The notes: generated by a model not told the origin, from the letters alone. A stretch of 64,000 nt of DNA from a virus (IMGVR_UViG_3300021431_003088); one strand, 5' to 3'; positions 1 to 7,807 are shown, numbered from the stretch's first letter. Numbers and translations are program-made.

Positions 1-1
1 A

Positions 2-385
2 GAGTGCTATAAGATTGGTGCTTATAAGGCCACAATGATACTTGCAGGTTCTATTTTGGAAGCATTTTTGATTGATTGGTTATCAGAGAAGGATGGCATA
101 AATTATTTTGAGCAGCCATACAGATACACGAAAGTAATTAAGGGGACGGAAAAGTTGGTAGAGGATGATAGATTGTGTAATTATATTGACAGAATTGCTG
201 AGATAGAAAAACCAAAATGGATGGAAGAAAAAGAAAAAGCGCACGAAATAAGAAAAAGTAGGAACTTAGTTCACGCCAAGCTGTGTTTGAAGGAAGATAT
301 TGATATAAGCCAAGATACGTGCAAGTTGCTAATAGATTATTTGCAAGAAATAATTGATTCACGATTAAAAGTAGTAGGAGAGTAG
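2..385 (+). CDS. C-terminal fragment of a protein continuing upstream of the window; HEPN-like Rx6H motif (RKSRNLVH)
   Basis: Reading frame open from window edge to stop at 383-385 (ORF track lists 35..385 from first Met); bidirectional terminator hairpin 388-414 follows. Confidence 0.4.
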   Translation, partial: ECYKIGAYKATMILAGSILEAFLIDWLSEKDGINYFEQPYRYTKVIKGTEKLVEDDRLCNYIDRIAEIEKPKWMEEKEKAHEIRKSRNLVHAKLCLKEDIDISQDTCKLLIDYLQEIIDSRLKVVGE

Positions 386-387
386 AA

Positions 388-414
388 GAAAAAGAGCCGA
401 AATCTCGGCTCTTT
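388..414. terminator. bidirectional rho-independent terminator hairpin (aaagagccgaaatctcggctcttt) between converging genes
   Basis: perfect 9-bp stem with A/T-rich flanks. Confidence 0.5.
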
Positions 415-772
415 AACCTCTAAATTCATTTAAGACTTCATCATCTGTTTTGTCTTCGTCTTTTTTCAGATTTTCGATCTCAGGTTCTTTAATATCTTCT
501 TCGCAAATATCATCTTCAAATTGCTTTTCATCAATATCGTTTTCGTCTATTGACTTTTTAACATCGTCATTATCTTTATTTACAATTTCAATGCCGGGAT
601 TATTTCTTTTATAAACCATGTAAACAGCAATTCCAAACATTATAAGCGCAATGGATATGCTTAAAATGCCTATTTTAAAGAATTGATGAAAAAAACAGGC
701 GAGCGAATAACCAATTAATGCGCTTGAAATAACTACAAGTAGTTTAGTTGTTGATGTGTATTTATTCTTCAT
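413..772 (-). CDS. hypothetical protein with N-terminal TM helix and acidic C-terminal tail
   Basis: ORF track; conserved promoter motif 808-837 upstream. Confidence 0.5.
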   Translation of the reverse strand: MKNKYTSTTKLLVVISSALIGYSLACFFHQFFKIGILSISIALIMFGIAVYMVYKRNNPGIEIVNKDNDDVKKSIDENDIDEKQFEDDICEEDIKEPEIENLKKDEDKTDDEVLNEFRG

Positions 773-807
773 ATTATTTCTCCTTTTTGTTCTTTTTTTA
801 AACCCTT

Positions 808-837
808 ATACTTTTATATAAGTGTAGTGCGAAGTTT
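808..837 (-). promoter_or_regulatory. conserved phage promoter motif, extended subclass (TATATAAGTGTAGTGCGAAGTT)
   Basis: one of 5 copies of the extended 22-bp variant; upstream of minus gene start at 772. Confidence 0.45.
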
Positions 838-1008
838 AGTGAGCTTTTTTGAGAAATTTTGTAAGAGTAAACGAAATATTCGGAAATCGTATTGTGTTAA
901 GTGTTGCAAAGTTTAGGAAAAATCTAGTAAGAGAGCGGTAAAATAAGCCTCTACAAATCTATGTGATAAATACGTGTTTATTATATAGATTTGTGATATA
1001 ATATAAAT

Positions 1009-2157
1009 ATGAATAAAGGTATTAGATTTAGGTTATATCCTAATAAAGAACAACAAAACTTAATAAATAAGACTTTTGGTTGTTGTAGGTTAATCTATAA
1101 CAAAGGGCTTGATATGCGTGAAAGGTCTTATAATGCTGGCAATTCTGTTGGCTATAATAAAGCATCCGCTATGCTTACAGAATTAAAATCGCAAGATGAT
1201 TATGCTTTTCTTAAAAAAGTTGATGCTGTCGCCTTGCAACAATCACTTCGAGATTTAGATAACGCATATAGTAGGTTTTATAAAAGAATTGGAAAGCATC
1301 CTAAATTTAGGAGTAAACGAAACATCCAATCATATAGAACAGTTAATACAAGAAATACTATTAGGATTTCTGGCAAGTATATTAGGCTACCAAAATTGGG
1401 CTATGTAAAGTTTAAGCAGTCTATGGAAGTCGGCAACATTAAAAATGCTACTATTGAGCGTACTACAACAGGTAAATATTTTGTTGTATTAAATGTTGAA
1501 TTTGAGCCTGAGCCTAAACGAAACAATGGTGGCTTAATAGGCATTGATGTAGGTATCAAACATTTTTTTACAGATAGTAATGGTAATACGGTATCAAACC
1601 CCAAGTATTTAGAAAAATCAACTAAGCAATTACATAAAGCGCAGCGTAAGTTGTCTCGTATGATAGAAAGCCATATCGTAGGATACAAAAGCAATAGATG
1701 TCCTATTTATGATAAACCCTTAAATGAATGTAGAAATATTCAAAAGCAACGCATTAAATTAGCAAAGATACACGAAAAAATCACTAACCAGCGTAATGAT
1801 TTCTTACAAAAAGAGTCCACTAAACTTATTCGTGAAAACCAAACAATAGTTATTGAAGACTTAAAAGTAAGTAATATGCTAAAGAATAAAAGGTTGGCTA
1901 AATCTATTAGTGATGTATCGTGGTCTAAGTTCTTTGAGATGCTCGAATATAAAGCCTCTTGGTATGGTAACACAATAATAAGAGTAGACACATTCTATCC
2001 AAGTAGCCAAACTTGTACTTGCTGTGGTTATAAAAATACTAAAATTAAAAACCTGCGCATTAGGTCTTGGAAATGTCCTAAGTGCAAAACCATACACGAC
2101 AGAGACATAAACGCAGCAAAGAACATACTAAAACAAGGCATTAAACAAATAGCTTAA
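1009..2157 (+). CDS. tnpB: IS200/IS605-family TnpB (RNA-guided RuvC-like nuclease, OrfB)
   Basis: N-terminus RFRLYPNKEQ; RuvC motifs GIDVGIKHF / IVIEDLKV / DRDINAAKNI; C-terminal CxxC..CxxC zinc finger. Confidence 0.85.
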   Translation: MNKGIRFRLYPNKEQQNLINKTFGCCRLIYNKGLDMRERSYNAGNSVGYNKASAMLTELKSQDDYAFLKKVDAVALQQSLRDLDNAYSRFYKRIGKHPKFRSKRNIQSYRTVNTRNTIRISGKYIRLPKLGYVKFKQSMEVGNIKNATIERTTTGKYFVVLNVEFEPEPKRNNGGLIGIDVGIKHFFTDSNGNTVSNPKYLEKSTKQLHKAQRKLSRMIESHIVGYKSNRCPIYDKPLNECRNIQKQRIKLAKIHEKITNQRNDFLQKESTKLIRENQTIVIEDLKVSNMLKNKRLAKSISDVSWSKFFEMLEYKASWYGNTIIRVDTFYPSSQTCTCCGYKNTKIKNLRIRSWKCPKCKTIHDRDINAAKNILKQGIKQIA

Positions 2158-2300
2158 AAGGACTGTACCGTAGGGCATACGGAAACAGTATAAACTACGC
2201 TTGTGGAGACTATGTAAGTCGTGTATCAATTAGATGCATGCTACGGTCAGTGAAGCAAGAATTTTATAATTAAAAATGTCAAGTGATAAATATTACTTTT
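2060..2300 (+). ncRNA. candidate TnpB omega-RNA (reRNA) region overlapping the tnpB 3' end and right end
   Basis: by analogy with IS605 TnpB systems; structured hairpins ccgtagggcatacgg etc. downstream of the tnpB stop; boundaries not determined. Confidence 0.25.
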
Positions 2301-2380
2301 TCATATAGATACAAGGTATTGTATAAAATTTAACGATTATAAGAAAAATACGCAGTATATTGTGTTTTTAAGTATTTTGA

Positions 2381-2452
2381 TGCTCTGAGAAGGACTCGAA
2401 CCCTCAAATACAGGGTAGAAACCTGTTGTTTTATCCATTAGACTATCAGAGC
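2381..2452 (-). tRNA. tRNA-Arg(TCT)
   Basis: hand-folded cloverleaf, 72 nt; anticodon loop TTTCTAC; T-loop TTCGAGT. Confidence 0.7.
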
Positions 2453-2455
2453 GTA

Positions 2456-2527
2456 TATCCTCAGTAGGAATCGAACCTACATTGACTGGTTCGTAGCCAG
2501 TCAGTCTATCCATTAGCTTATGAGGAT
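2456..2527 (-). tRNA. tRNA-Arg(ACG)
   Basis: cloverleaf, anticodon loop CTACGAA; T-arm GTAGG-TTCGATT-CCTAC. Confidence 0.7.
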
Positions 2528-2531
2528 AAAA

Positions 2532-2604
2532 AGTAGATGGAGGGAATCGAACCCTCGATATACAGTTTTGCAGACTGTATGCTAAACCAACATAGCACAT
2601 CTAC
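2532..2604 (-). tRNA. tRNA-Cys(GCA)
   Basis: anticodon stem ACAGT/ACTGT, loop CTGCAAA. Confidence 0.7.
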
Positions 2605-2607
2605 ATA

Positions 2608-2678
2608 CAGGAGTGGAAGGAGTCGAACCCTCATTTTTGGTGTTGGAGACCATTGTTTTACCATTAAACTACACTCCT
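2608..2678 (-). tRNA. tRNA-Trp(CCA)
   Basis: anticodon loop CTCCAAC; T-loop TTCGACT. Confidence 0.7.
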
Positions 2679-2687
2679 ATATTTTAC

Positions 2688-2775
2688 CGCCATGAGAAGG
2701 ATTCGAACCTTCGTACCCAATTAAGGATAGCCTTGGATTAGCAATCCAGCACATTACCAGCTCTGTCATCACGGC
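2688..2775 (-). tRNA. tRNA-Ser(GCT), type II with long variable arm
   Basis: 88 nt; anticodon loop TTGCTAA; acceptor GCCGTGA/TCATGGC. Confidence 0.65.
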
Positions 2776-2778
2776 TTA

Positions 2779-2850
2779 CGGGGGTAACGGGACTTGAACC
2801 CATAATATCGCAGTCAAAGTGCGATGTGTTACCAATTACACCATACCCCT
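2779..2850 (-). tRNA. tRNA-Gln(TTG)
   Basis: anticodon stem TCGCA/TGCGA, loop CTTTGAC; D-stem GTGT/ACAC; A1:C72 mismatch. Confidence 0.65.
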
Positions 2851-2874
2851 TCAGTATAATTACATTGTATATAG

Positions 2875-2965
2875 CGCCACCTCTGGGATTCGAACCCAGA
2901 CACCGATTTCTCGGCTACTAACGGTTTTCAAGGCCGCTTCCTTGCGCAATTAGGATTAAGGTGGC
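2875..2965 (-). tRNA. tRNA-Ser(TGA)-like, type II
   Basis: 91 nt; acceptor GCCACCT/AGGTGGC; variable-arm hairpin GCCGA-GAAA-TCGGT; loop CTTGAAA but with C:A at the loop-closing pair. Confidence 0.5.
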
Positions 2966-2999
2966 AAAAAATAAAAGACATTGCAGAATTTGCAATGCC
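2966..2999 (-). terminator. rho-independent terminator inside the tRNA array (hairpin cattgcagaatttgcaatg plus T-run on minus strand)
   Basis: seen in sequence. Confidence 0.45.
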
Positions 3000-3173
3000 C
3001 TGAAATAAACTACTCTTCTACTGATATACAAATTCTACGTTAAAAGATGATATTTTATTGCACCAAAACTAGACCAACGGCAAGATTGCGTTTGGCTTCT
3101 ACTCTGACATCTTTGAGTTTTGTTTATATTAGTTTTTATTGTTTTCATTTCTTTAATTCCTTTCTTCATTATA

Positions 3174-3246
3174 AGCTCCCAGAGGGACTTGAACCCACAA
3201 CATACTGCTTACAAGGCAGTCGCTCTACCATTTGAGCTATGGAAGC
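3174..3246 (-). tRNA. tRNA-Thr(TGT)
   Basis: anticodon stem ACTGC/GCAGT, loop CTTGTAA; the 5' half is nearly identical to the interrupted tRNA at 51249-51352. Confidence 0.65.
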
Positions 3247-3256
3247 ATATTCTTAG

Positions 3257-3330
3257 TGATTCCTGCCAGACTCGAACTGAGCATTTCAGCCTTGAAAGGG
3301 CCGTGTCCTAACCTATTAGACGAAGGAACC
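3257..3330 (-). tRNA. tRNA-Glu(TTC)
   Basis: anticodon loop CTTTCAA; 74 nt. Confidence 0.7.
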
Positions 3331-3338
3331 ATGCTTTA

Positions 3339-3412
3339 GGTGTCAGACGGGATTTGAACCCGCAACATTCGGCTTCACAAGCCGAGGCTCTAGCCAGTTG
3401 AGCTACTGACAC
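3339..3412 (-). tRNA. tRNA-His(GTG)
   Basis: anticodon stem TCGGC/GCCGA, loop TTGTGAA; no encoded G-1. Confidence 0.7.
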
Positions 3413-3414
3413 AG

Positions 3415-3485
3415 TTCGGACTAATGGAATCGAACCATTGTTATCTCCGTATCAGAGAGGTATTCTACCATTGAATTAAGTCCGA
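3415..3485 (-). tRNA. tRNA-Ile(GAT)
   Basis: anticodon stem CCTCT/GGAGA? (CCTCT...GGAGA), loop CTGATAC. Confidence 0.7.
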
Positions 3486-3489
3486 ATAA

Positions 3490-3563
3490 TTGGAATGACT
3501 GGATTCGAACCAGCAACCTCTTGAACCCAAATCAAGTGCTCTTCCAAATTAAGCTACATCCCA
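3490..3563 (-). tRNA. tRNA-Pro(TGG)
   Basis: anticodon stem CTTGA/TCAAG, loop TTTGGGT. Confidence 0.65.
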
Positions 3564-3716
3564 AAACATAAGCTGCAACCAAAATCTAAGGCTTCGAGTA
3601 TGGCTAACTCTTAGGGAATTTAACCCACCCATACAACAACTAGAGTAATTAATTCGTAGCTGTCATATTGAATTTCATAAATGTTCCGGACCATTTACAA
3701 AATCTTGCATCTTTAA

Positions 3717-3790
3717 TAGCGGATGTCGGATTTGAACCGACGTTCTTCTGGTTATGAGCCAGACGAGATAGACCTCTTCTCTAATCCGCA
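3717..3790 (-). tRNA. tRNA-Met(CAT) (elongator, initiator or Ile2 not resolved)
   Basis: anticodon stem TCTGG/CCAGA, loop CTCATAA; T:T mismatch at 1:72. Confidence 0.6.
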
Positions 3791-3865
3791 TAGGGAGTAA
3801 CGGAATCGAACCGTTCATCTTTGGCTTATAAGGCCACTGCATTAAACCTACTATGCTAACTCCCA
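3791..3865 (-). tRNA. tRNA with anticodon TAT (Ile-like, AUA-decoding)
   Basis: perfect T-arm AACGG-TTCGATT-CCGTT, D-stem GCAT/ATGC, anticodon loop CTTATAA; one G:A mismatch at top of anticodon stem. Confidence 0.5.
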
Positions 3866-3866
3866 G

Positions 3867-3940
3867 TGTCCTGTGATGGATTCGAACCACCGCTGCATAG
3901 GGCTTCGACCTATCGCTCTACCTGACTGAGCTAACAGGAC
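3867..3940 (-). tRNA. tRNA-Phe(GAA)
   Basis: anticodon stem ATAGG/CCTAT, loop TCGAAGC (unusual C33). Confidence 0.6.
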
Positions 3941-3944
3941 ATAC

Positions 3945-4017
3945 TCGGTCAGGTGGGAATCGAACCCTACGATTGCACGATTAAAAGTCGTGTGCCATAC
4001 CATTAGGCGACTGACCG
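3945..4017 (-). tRNA. tRNA-Lys(TTT)
   Basis: anticodon stem CACGA/TCGTG, loop CTTTTAA; acceptor CGGTCAG/CTGACCG; weak T-stem. Confidence 0.6.
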
Positions 4018-4084
4018 TTAATATTATGTTTTTGTTTTAGAATACTTTATAAATCGCATAATTTTTACTACCTTTCGTTTTTTC

Positions 4085-4156
4085 CGGGAGCTACAGGATT
4101 CGAACCTGTAACCCTTCGGTTAACAGCCGAATGCTCTACCATTGAGCTAAGCTCCC
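4085..4156 (-). tRNA. tRNA-Asn(GTT)
   Basis: textbook cloverleaf; loop CTGTTAA. Confidence 0.75.
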
Positions 4157-4159
4157 AAA

Positions 4160-4244
4160 TCCCGCTGCTTGGAATCGAACCAAGTTGGCAACTATGTACA
4201 ACAGATTTACAGTCTGCCCCTTCTCCATAAAGGTCTACAACGGG
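4160..4244 (-). tRNA. tRNA-Tyr(GTA), type II
   Basis: 85 nt; anticodon stem GCAGA/TCTGT, loop CTGTAAA; long variable arm. Confidence 0.65.
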
Positions 4245-4311
4245 CTATTAAGTTTACAATAATAATCAACCATATCAATCATCTCCTTTCCATTTCTATC
4301 ATAGGTGTATA

Positions 4312-4397
4312 TACAGGCGGTGAGATTCGAACCCACAAACTATAAAAGAAGTTACTAAATCCTAAGTTTAGCCTCTGTACCATTCGAGTACGCCTGC
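4312..4397 (-). tRNA. tRNA-Leu(TAG), type II
   Basis: 86 nt; anticodon stem CTAAA/TTTAG, loop CTTAGGA; variable arm AACT..AGTT. Confidence 0.65.
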
Positions 4398-4400
4398 TTA

Positions 4401-4484
4401 TACAGCCGACAGGACTCGAACCTGCACACCATTACTGATACCAGAGCTTAAATCTGGTGCGCCTACCATTTACGCCACGGCTGC
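4401..4484 (-). tRNA. tRNA-Leu(TAA), type II
   Basis: 84 nt; anticodon stem CCAGA/TCTGG, loop TTTAAGC. Confidence 0.65.
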
Positions 4485-4553
4485 TTGATTTTAAGTTTTG
4501 TTTAGCAATAATCGCAAGAGTCGCATAGTTAAATTCTCCTTTCATTTATTAAA

Positions 4554-4626
4554 AGTGGATAGTCGGACTCGAACCGACAGCCCAAGATTGGAAGTCTCGT
4601 ATGTTAGCCTTTAACACCATACCCAC
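4554..4626 (-). tRNA. tRNA-Gly(TCC)
   Basis: anticodon stem CGAGA/TCTTG (one GU), loop CTTCCAA. Confidence 0.65.
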
Positions 4627-4690
4627 GCAGGATAAGGAAGTGCCATTCTCTTATCCTTTATATTGTTTTATTAAGAGGCTTAGTGCCTCA

Positions 4691-4761
4691 CGGCTCTATA
4701 GAGAATCGAACTCTAATCTTATGATAGACAGTCATATGTGCTACCTTTACACCATAGAGTC
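4691..4761 (-). tRNA. tRNA-Asp(GTC)
   Basis: anticodon stem TATGA/TCATA, loop CTGTCTA (T37 unusual); A2:C71 mismatch. Confidence 0.55.
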
Positions 4762-4765
4762 ATAT

Positions 4766-4803
4766 AAAAAGGGCTTATCCCATTTTCTTTGGAATAAGCC
4801 CTC
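4766..4803 (-). terminator. terminator hairpin (gggcttatcc..ggaataagccc + T-run on minus) just upstream of the tRNA array
   Basis: seen in sequence. Confidence 0.5.
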
Positions 4804-4839
4804 CTGAAAGTATATATAAACATAAATCTTTTAGGTTTT

Positions 4840-4998
4840 TAGCCTTATTCCAATTAATCTTCTATTATCCCAAGGTTGTTCTGTATGTCCTGTAAATGAG
4901 CATAATGAACCAAGCATATTATAATCATATGCTTTAATACTAATGTTAGATATAAGGTTTTGGTTCATCTGCTTTGACTTAAACATATTCGTAAATTC
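4840..4998 (-). CDS. possible small ORF (~52 aa, MFKSKQMNQN...) in the long untranslated region
   Basis: hand translation; below 60-aa ORF-track cutoff; weak RBS. Confidence 0.2.
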
Positions 4999-5117
4999 CT
5001 TTCATAATAATAAAATAAGGAAGTGCAACCTATATTTGTATATCACAAATAATAAGGCTTGGCACTTCCTTATGTATTAATGATACCACATATTTCATTT
5101 TTGTCAACATTTTATTA

Positions 5118-5147
5118 AAAAAAAAGAGGCGTTAAGCCTCTTAATTT
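5118..5147 (-). terminator. terminator hairpin agaggcgttaagcctct with A9/T9 run
   Basis: seen in sequence. Confidence 0.5.
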
Positions 5148-5225
5148 GCCTCCCTGCTAGGGTTTCGAGAGTTATGAAGCAAGGGAAGCGTATTGATTAT
5201 ATTATTATTTACATTTTTAGTCAAC

Positions 5226-5253
5226 AAAAAAAACCACGCATAAAGCGTGGCAA
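5226..5253 (-). terminator. terminator hairpin ccacgcataaagcgtgg with T8 on minus strand
   Basis: immediately after the stop of gene 5257..5508. Confidence 0.5.
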
Positions 5254-5256
5254 TTT

Positions 5257-5508
5257 CTAGTCTTCTTCGTGTTTTTTAATGTAGTAGGCTACAAACCTAA
5301 ACATTGCAAAAACAACTCCGAAGACTATAAGTCCTAGTGCAAGTGCAAGAGGAATAACTTTTATACTTGCTAAAAATCCCTCTGCATTGCCTAGGAGGAC
5401 ACCTAAGAATCCAAATGTGCTTAATACAGCTACAATAACTGAGATGTAGAAGAATAACACAACCTCTGGTGCCTCATATTTCTTCTTTTCCAGCCAATTT
5501 CCCAACAT
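5257..5508 (-). CDS. small membrane protein (2 TM)
   Basis: ORF track; hydrophobic segments. Confidence 0.5.
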   Translation of the reverse strand: MLGNWLEKKKYEAPEVVLFFYISVIVAVLSTFGFLGVLLGNAEGFLASIKVIPLALALGLIVFGVVFAMFRFVAYYIKKHEED

Positions 5509-5546
5509 AGTCTTTTCCTCCTTTCTAAGAATTTGTTGGAATAGCG

Positions 5547-5999
5547 TCAGCTTTCGTATATATAAATCATATCGAAGCCTTCGCTTTCACTTGGGCGTTG
5601 TATATTTTTATACATACGCTTAATAACGCCCTGTGGCACTTTTCTGTCTCGCTTACTGTTTCTTTCTAGCGCTGTCTCAAGTTCAACATCACAGAAGTGA
5701 CAATAAGCACTTTCATAAGTGCCTTTTAATGAAGAAAGCAAGTCTTTTCTTACTTCTTCATAAAGACAAGTAGCATCATATACCACCGTCTTGCCCTCTT
5801 TGAGGGCATTTTTTGTTCTCTCAAAGAGAAGTGAGAAGACTATTTGTCCGTCTCCCTGTACGGCTTCGTCACCGTACAGCTCTTCTCTTATTTTATCTGA
5901 AGAAAGCCAAATAGCTCCCTCCTCTCGACAGATATATCCTGCGATTGTGGACTTACCACTTGCAGGCACACCTGCCATCATGTGTAAAGTTCCTTTCAT
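5547..5999 (-). CDS. P-loop NTPase/kinase (AAA_33 / polynucleotide-kinase-like kinase domain)
   Basis: Walker A GVPASGKST near N-terminus; RBS AAAGGAGG before ATG at 5999. Confidence 0.6.
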   Translation of the reverse strand: MKGTLHMMAGVPASGKSTIAGYICREEGAIWLSSDKIREELYGDEAVQGDGQIVFSLLFERTKNALKEGKTVVYDATCLYEEVRKDLLSSLKGTYESAYCHFCDVELETALERNSKRDRKVPQGVIKRMYKNIQRPSESEGFDMIYIYES

Positions 6000-6021
6000 T
6001 CTTATCCTCCTTTCTAAGAAA

Positions 6022-6210
6022 CTACCACTCGTTTTTGAGCGATAGCGAACAACTTACGAAGCAAATAGATGAGATGAAAAATGTAATTAGCATTATCACA
6101 CCCAGTTTGCCGTCGTTTGTCGAAATAGATACGACAAACAATATGAAAGAGCTTATTGCTCCAATAATGGAAGCCAATACAAGAATGCCCTTTAAAAATG
6201 TTCCTTTCAT
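6022..6210 (-). CDS. small membrane protein
   Basis: ORF track; RBS AAAGGGGA upstream; preferred over overlapping frame 6014..6214. Confidence 0.45.
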   Translation of the reverse strand: MKGTFLKGILVLASIIGAISSFILFVVSISTNDGKLGVIMLITFFISSICFVSCSLSLKNEW

Positions 6211-6255
6211 ACAATCACTCCCCTTTCTGTATCCGTGATGGGAACTGTCTATACA

Positions 6256-6280
6256 TCTTTTATATATAAGTGTGAATTAT
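6256..6280 (-). promoter_or_regulatory. conserved phage promoter motif copy
   Basis: tttatatataagtgtgaa. Confidence 0.4.
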
Positions 6281-6359
6281 CTAAAGAGTTTATTTTTAAA
6301 AAAAGCACCCCATTTAATGGGGTGCGAGGAAACTTTATTTAGTTTTAAGAACAGAAATT

Positions 6360-6554
6360 CTAAACAAAAGTCACAATTCCCTTTTTGTTACTTTTATTTG
6401 CATAAACCTTCTTTTTACCTACTTTTACATTTTTTTTGTAGATTTCTTTTGCCTCTTCTGATGATTCAGCACTTATGTATAATGCATTTTCAACATAATA
6501 CTTACACCATCCATCAAATGTCTCTGTGTAAACTTTATAAAGCATTGTAATCAC
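6360..6554 (-). CDS. hypothetical protein
   Basis: ORF track. Confidence 0.4.
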   Translation of the reverse strand: MITMLYKVYTETFDGWCKYYVENALYISAESSEEAKEIYKKNVKVGKKKVYANKSNKKGIVTFV

Positions 6555-6591
6555 TCCTCACTTTCTGCCTTGTAAGGCTTTGATTGCGGCA

Positions 6592-7062
6592 TTATCCTGC
6601 GTCTACGTGGATTTTTTCACTATCTTTAAGTCTGTAACATCTATACCCAAGCACCACCGCTCCGGGTTCATCATGCGCACATTGCTCAATAATATCCTCA
6701 ACTGCTTTAAAAAGTTGATATGGTAAAAAACAATATGCATTTTCAATCATATGAATGTTGAACTCTAATATAGATGTTTCATCATCTAACCACATAGATT
6801 CAGATAAATCAGTTAGTTCTTTATAAGGTTCACCTTTCCATGTTAGCTCTCCTGCGACAACTTGTTCGTGCCTTTCATCAATAAGTCTTCGGGTTATTTT
6901 TTCAATCACGTCAAACATACCTTGCAGATTTTCAATATACCCATCGTATAGACCGTCTTCATCTATTTCAATTCCTTCTGATTCTATAAAGTCATCCCAT
7001 TCTTGATACCACTCATTGTTTCCAAAAATTTGTGTTCCGTTTACATTCGTTCTATAACTCAT
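6592..7062 (-). CDS. hypothetical acidic protein
   Basis: ORF track. Confidence 0.5.
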   Translation of the reverse strand: MSYRTNVNGTQIFGNNEWYQEWDDFIESEGIEIDEDGLYDGYIENLQGMFDVIEKITRRLIDERHEQVVAGELTWKGEPYKELTDLSESMWLDDETSILEFNIHMIENAYCFLPYQLFKAVEDIIEQCAHDEPGAVVLGYRCYRLKDSEKIHVDAG

Positions 7063-7327
7063 TTATTCCTCCTTTGAATAAGAGAAAGAAGCGGGTAAAC
7101 CGCCTCTTTCAAATTGTCCCATAATTATCTTCTTTCTAACGCTTCAAAGAGTCACATAGACGTTTTGAACATTCTGGGCAAATGAATATATCTCTATTTA
7201 CATTTCCACCCAAATTTATAATTTGCAAGGCGCTAAATTTTTCGCATATATCACATTTTCTACCCTTGTTTTTTGATTGGTCTGATATTGTGAATGTTCT
7301 AATATTATTCATTTATAGTCTCCTTTC

Positions 7328-7771
7328 CTATACATTATTAATAATCGCTACTTCTTTTGCGCTACAAATCATTTCAGGTGTCTGATCTGTCTCGGCATCG
7401 TATACATTTAATGACGCTTCGAAATCGACAATTTTTTTAATGTCAAAATCAATGCTTTCATCAATGTATAAGCCAATTTCTGTAGGCTTCATTCCCTCGA
7501 GCATTTCGAGGTCTTTAATTGTTACCTCATGCTCTTCTTCCTGCCCTTTTTCAATATCGGGGCACCAAATATCAACACCCTTAAATCGTGCTGAATATCT
7601 GTTTGGCTCATTAACGTCAAAACCAAAATCAGACTCGAAGTTACACGACAGCGATGCTGTGTTGCCCTCTTCGTCTTCAAAGGTGATATAATCTACTTGT
7701 GGATTGTAGTCTTTATCACCTTTCTTTCCTTTTGCAAGGAAATTGAAATACAATACAGCCATATTTTCCAC
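7328..7771 (-). CDS. hypothetical protein, paralogue family A (motif YFNF..DYNPQVxYIxFED..YSARFKG)
   Basis: shares N-terminal motifs with 10099..10515. Confidence 0.5.
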   Translation of the reverse strand: MENMAVLYFNFLAKGKKGDKDYNPQVDYITFEDEEGNTASLSCNFESDFGFDVNEPNRYSARFKGVDIWCPDIEKGQEEEHEVTIKDLEMLEGMKPTEIGLYIDESIDFDIKKIVDFEASLNVYDAETDQTPEMICSAKEVAIINNV

Positions 7772-7807
7772 TCCTTTCTAATATGAGAGGGGCTAAAGCC
7801 CCTCTTT

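Larger units (their letters stand above)
953..2310 (+). mobile_element. IS200/IS605-family insertion sequence, tnpB-only (approximate ends)
   Basis: TnpB ORF; 10-bp inverted repeat ACAAATCTAT/ATAGATTTGT at 953-996 (candidate left-end hairpin); hairpins at 2160-2250; partial direct repeat gtgataaata..atatagat..ataaat at 963-1008 and 2283-2328. Confidence 0.45.

Noticed and set aside
1401-2097. Minus-strand ORFs 1401..1694, 1740..1991, 1879..2097 inside tnpB
   Set aside because: Antisense to an intact, motif-complete TnpB gene
3566-3720. Possible additional degraded tRNA in the 155-bp gap of the array (GGGTGGGTTAAATTCCC resembles a T-arm)
   Set aside because: No acceptor/anticodon arms could be folded. 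It is probably a spacer or processing region
2337-4807. ORF-track ORFs 2337..2600, 3047..3235, 3120..3311, 3675..3890, 4601..4807
   Set aside because: They lie across or antisense to the tRNA genes and have no RBS; they are artefacts of AT-rich sequence
6014-6214. Alternative frame ORF 6014..6214
   Set aside because: The overlapping frame 6022..6210 has an RBS and a plausible membrane-protein sequence
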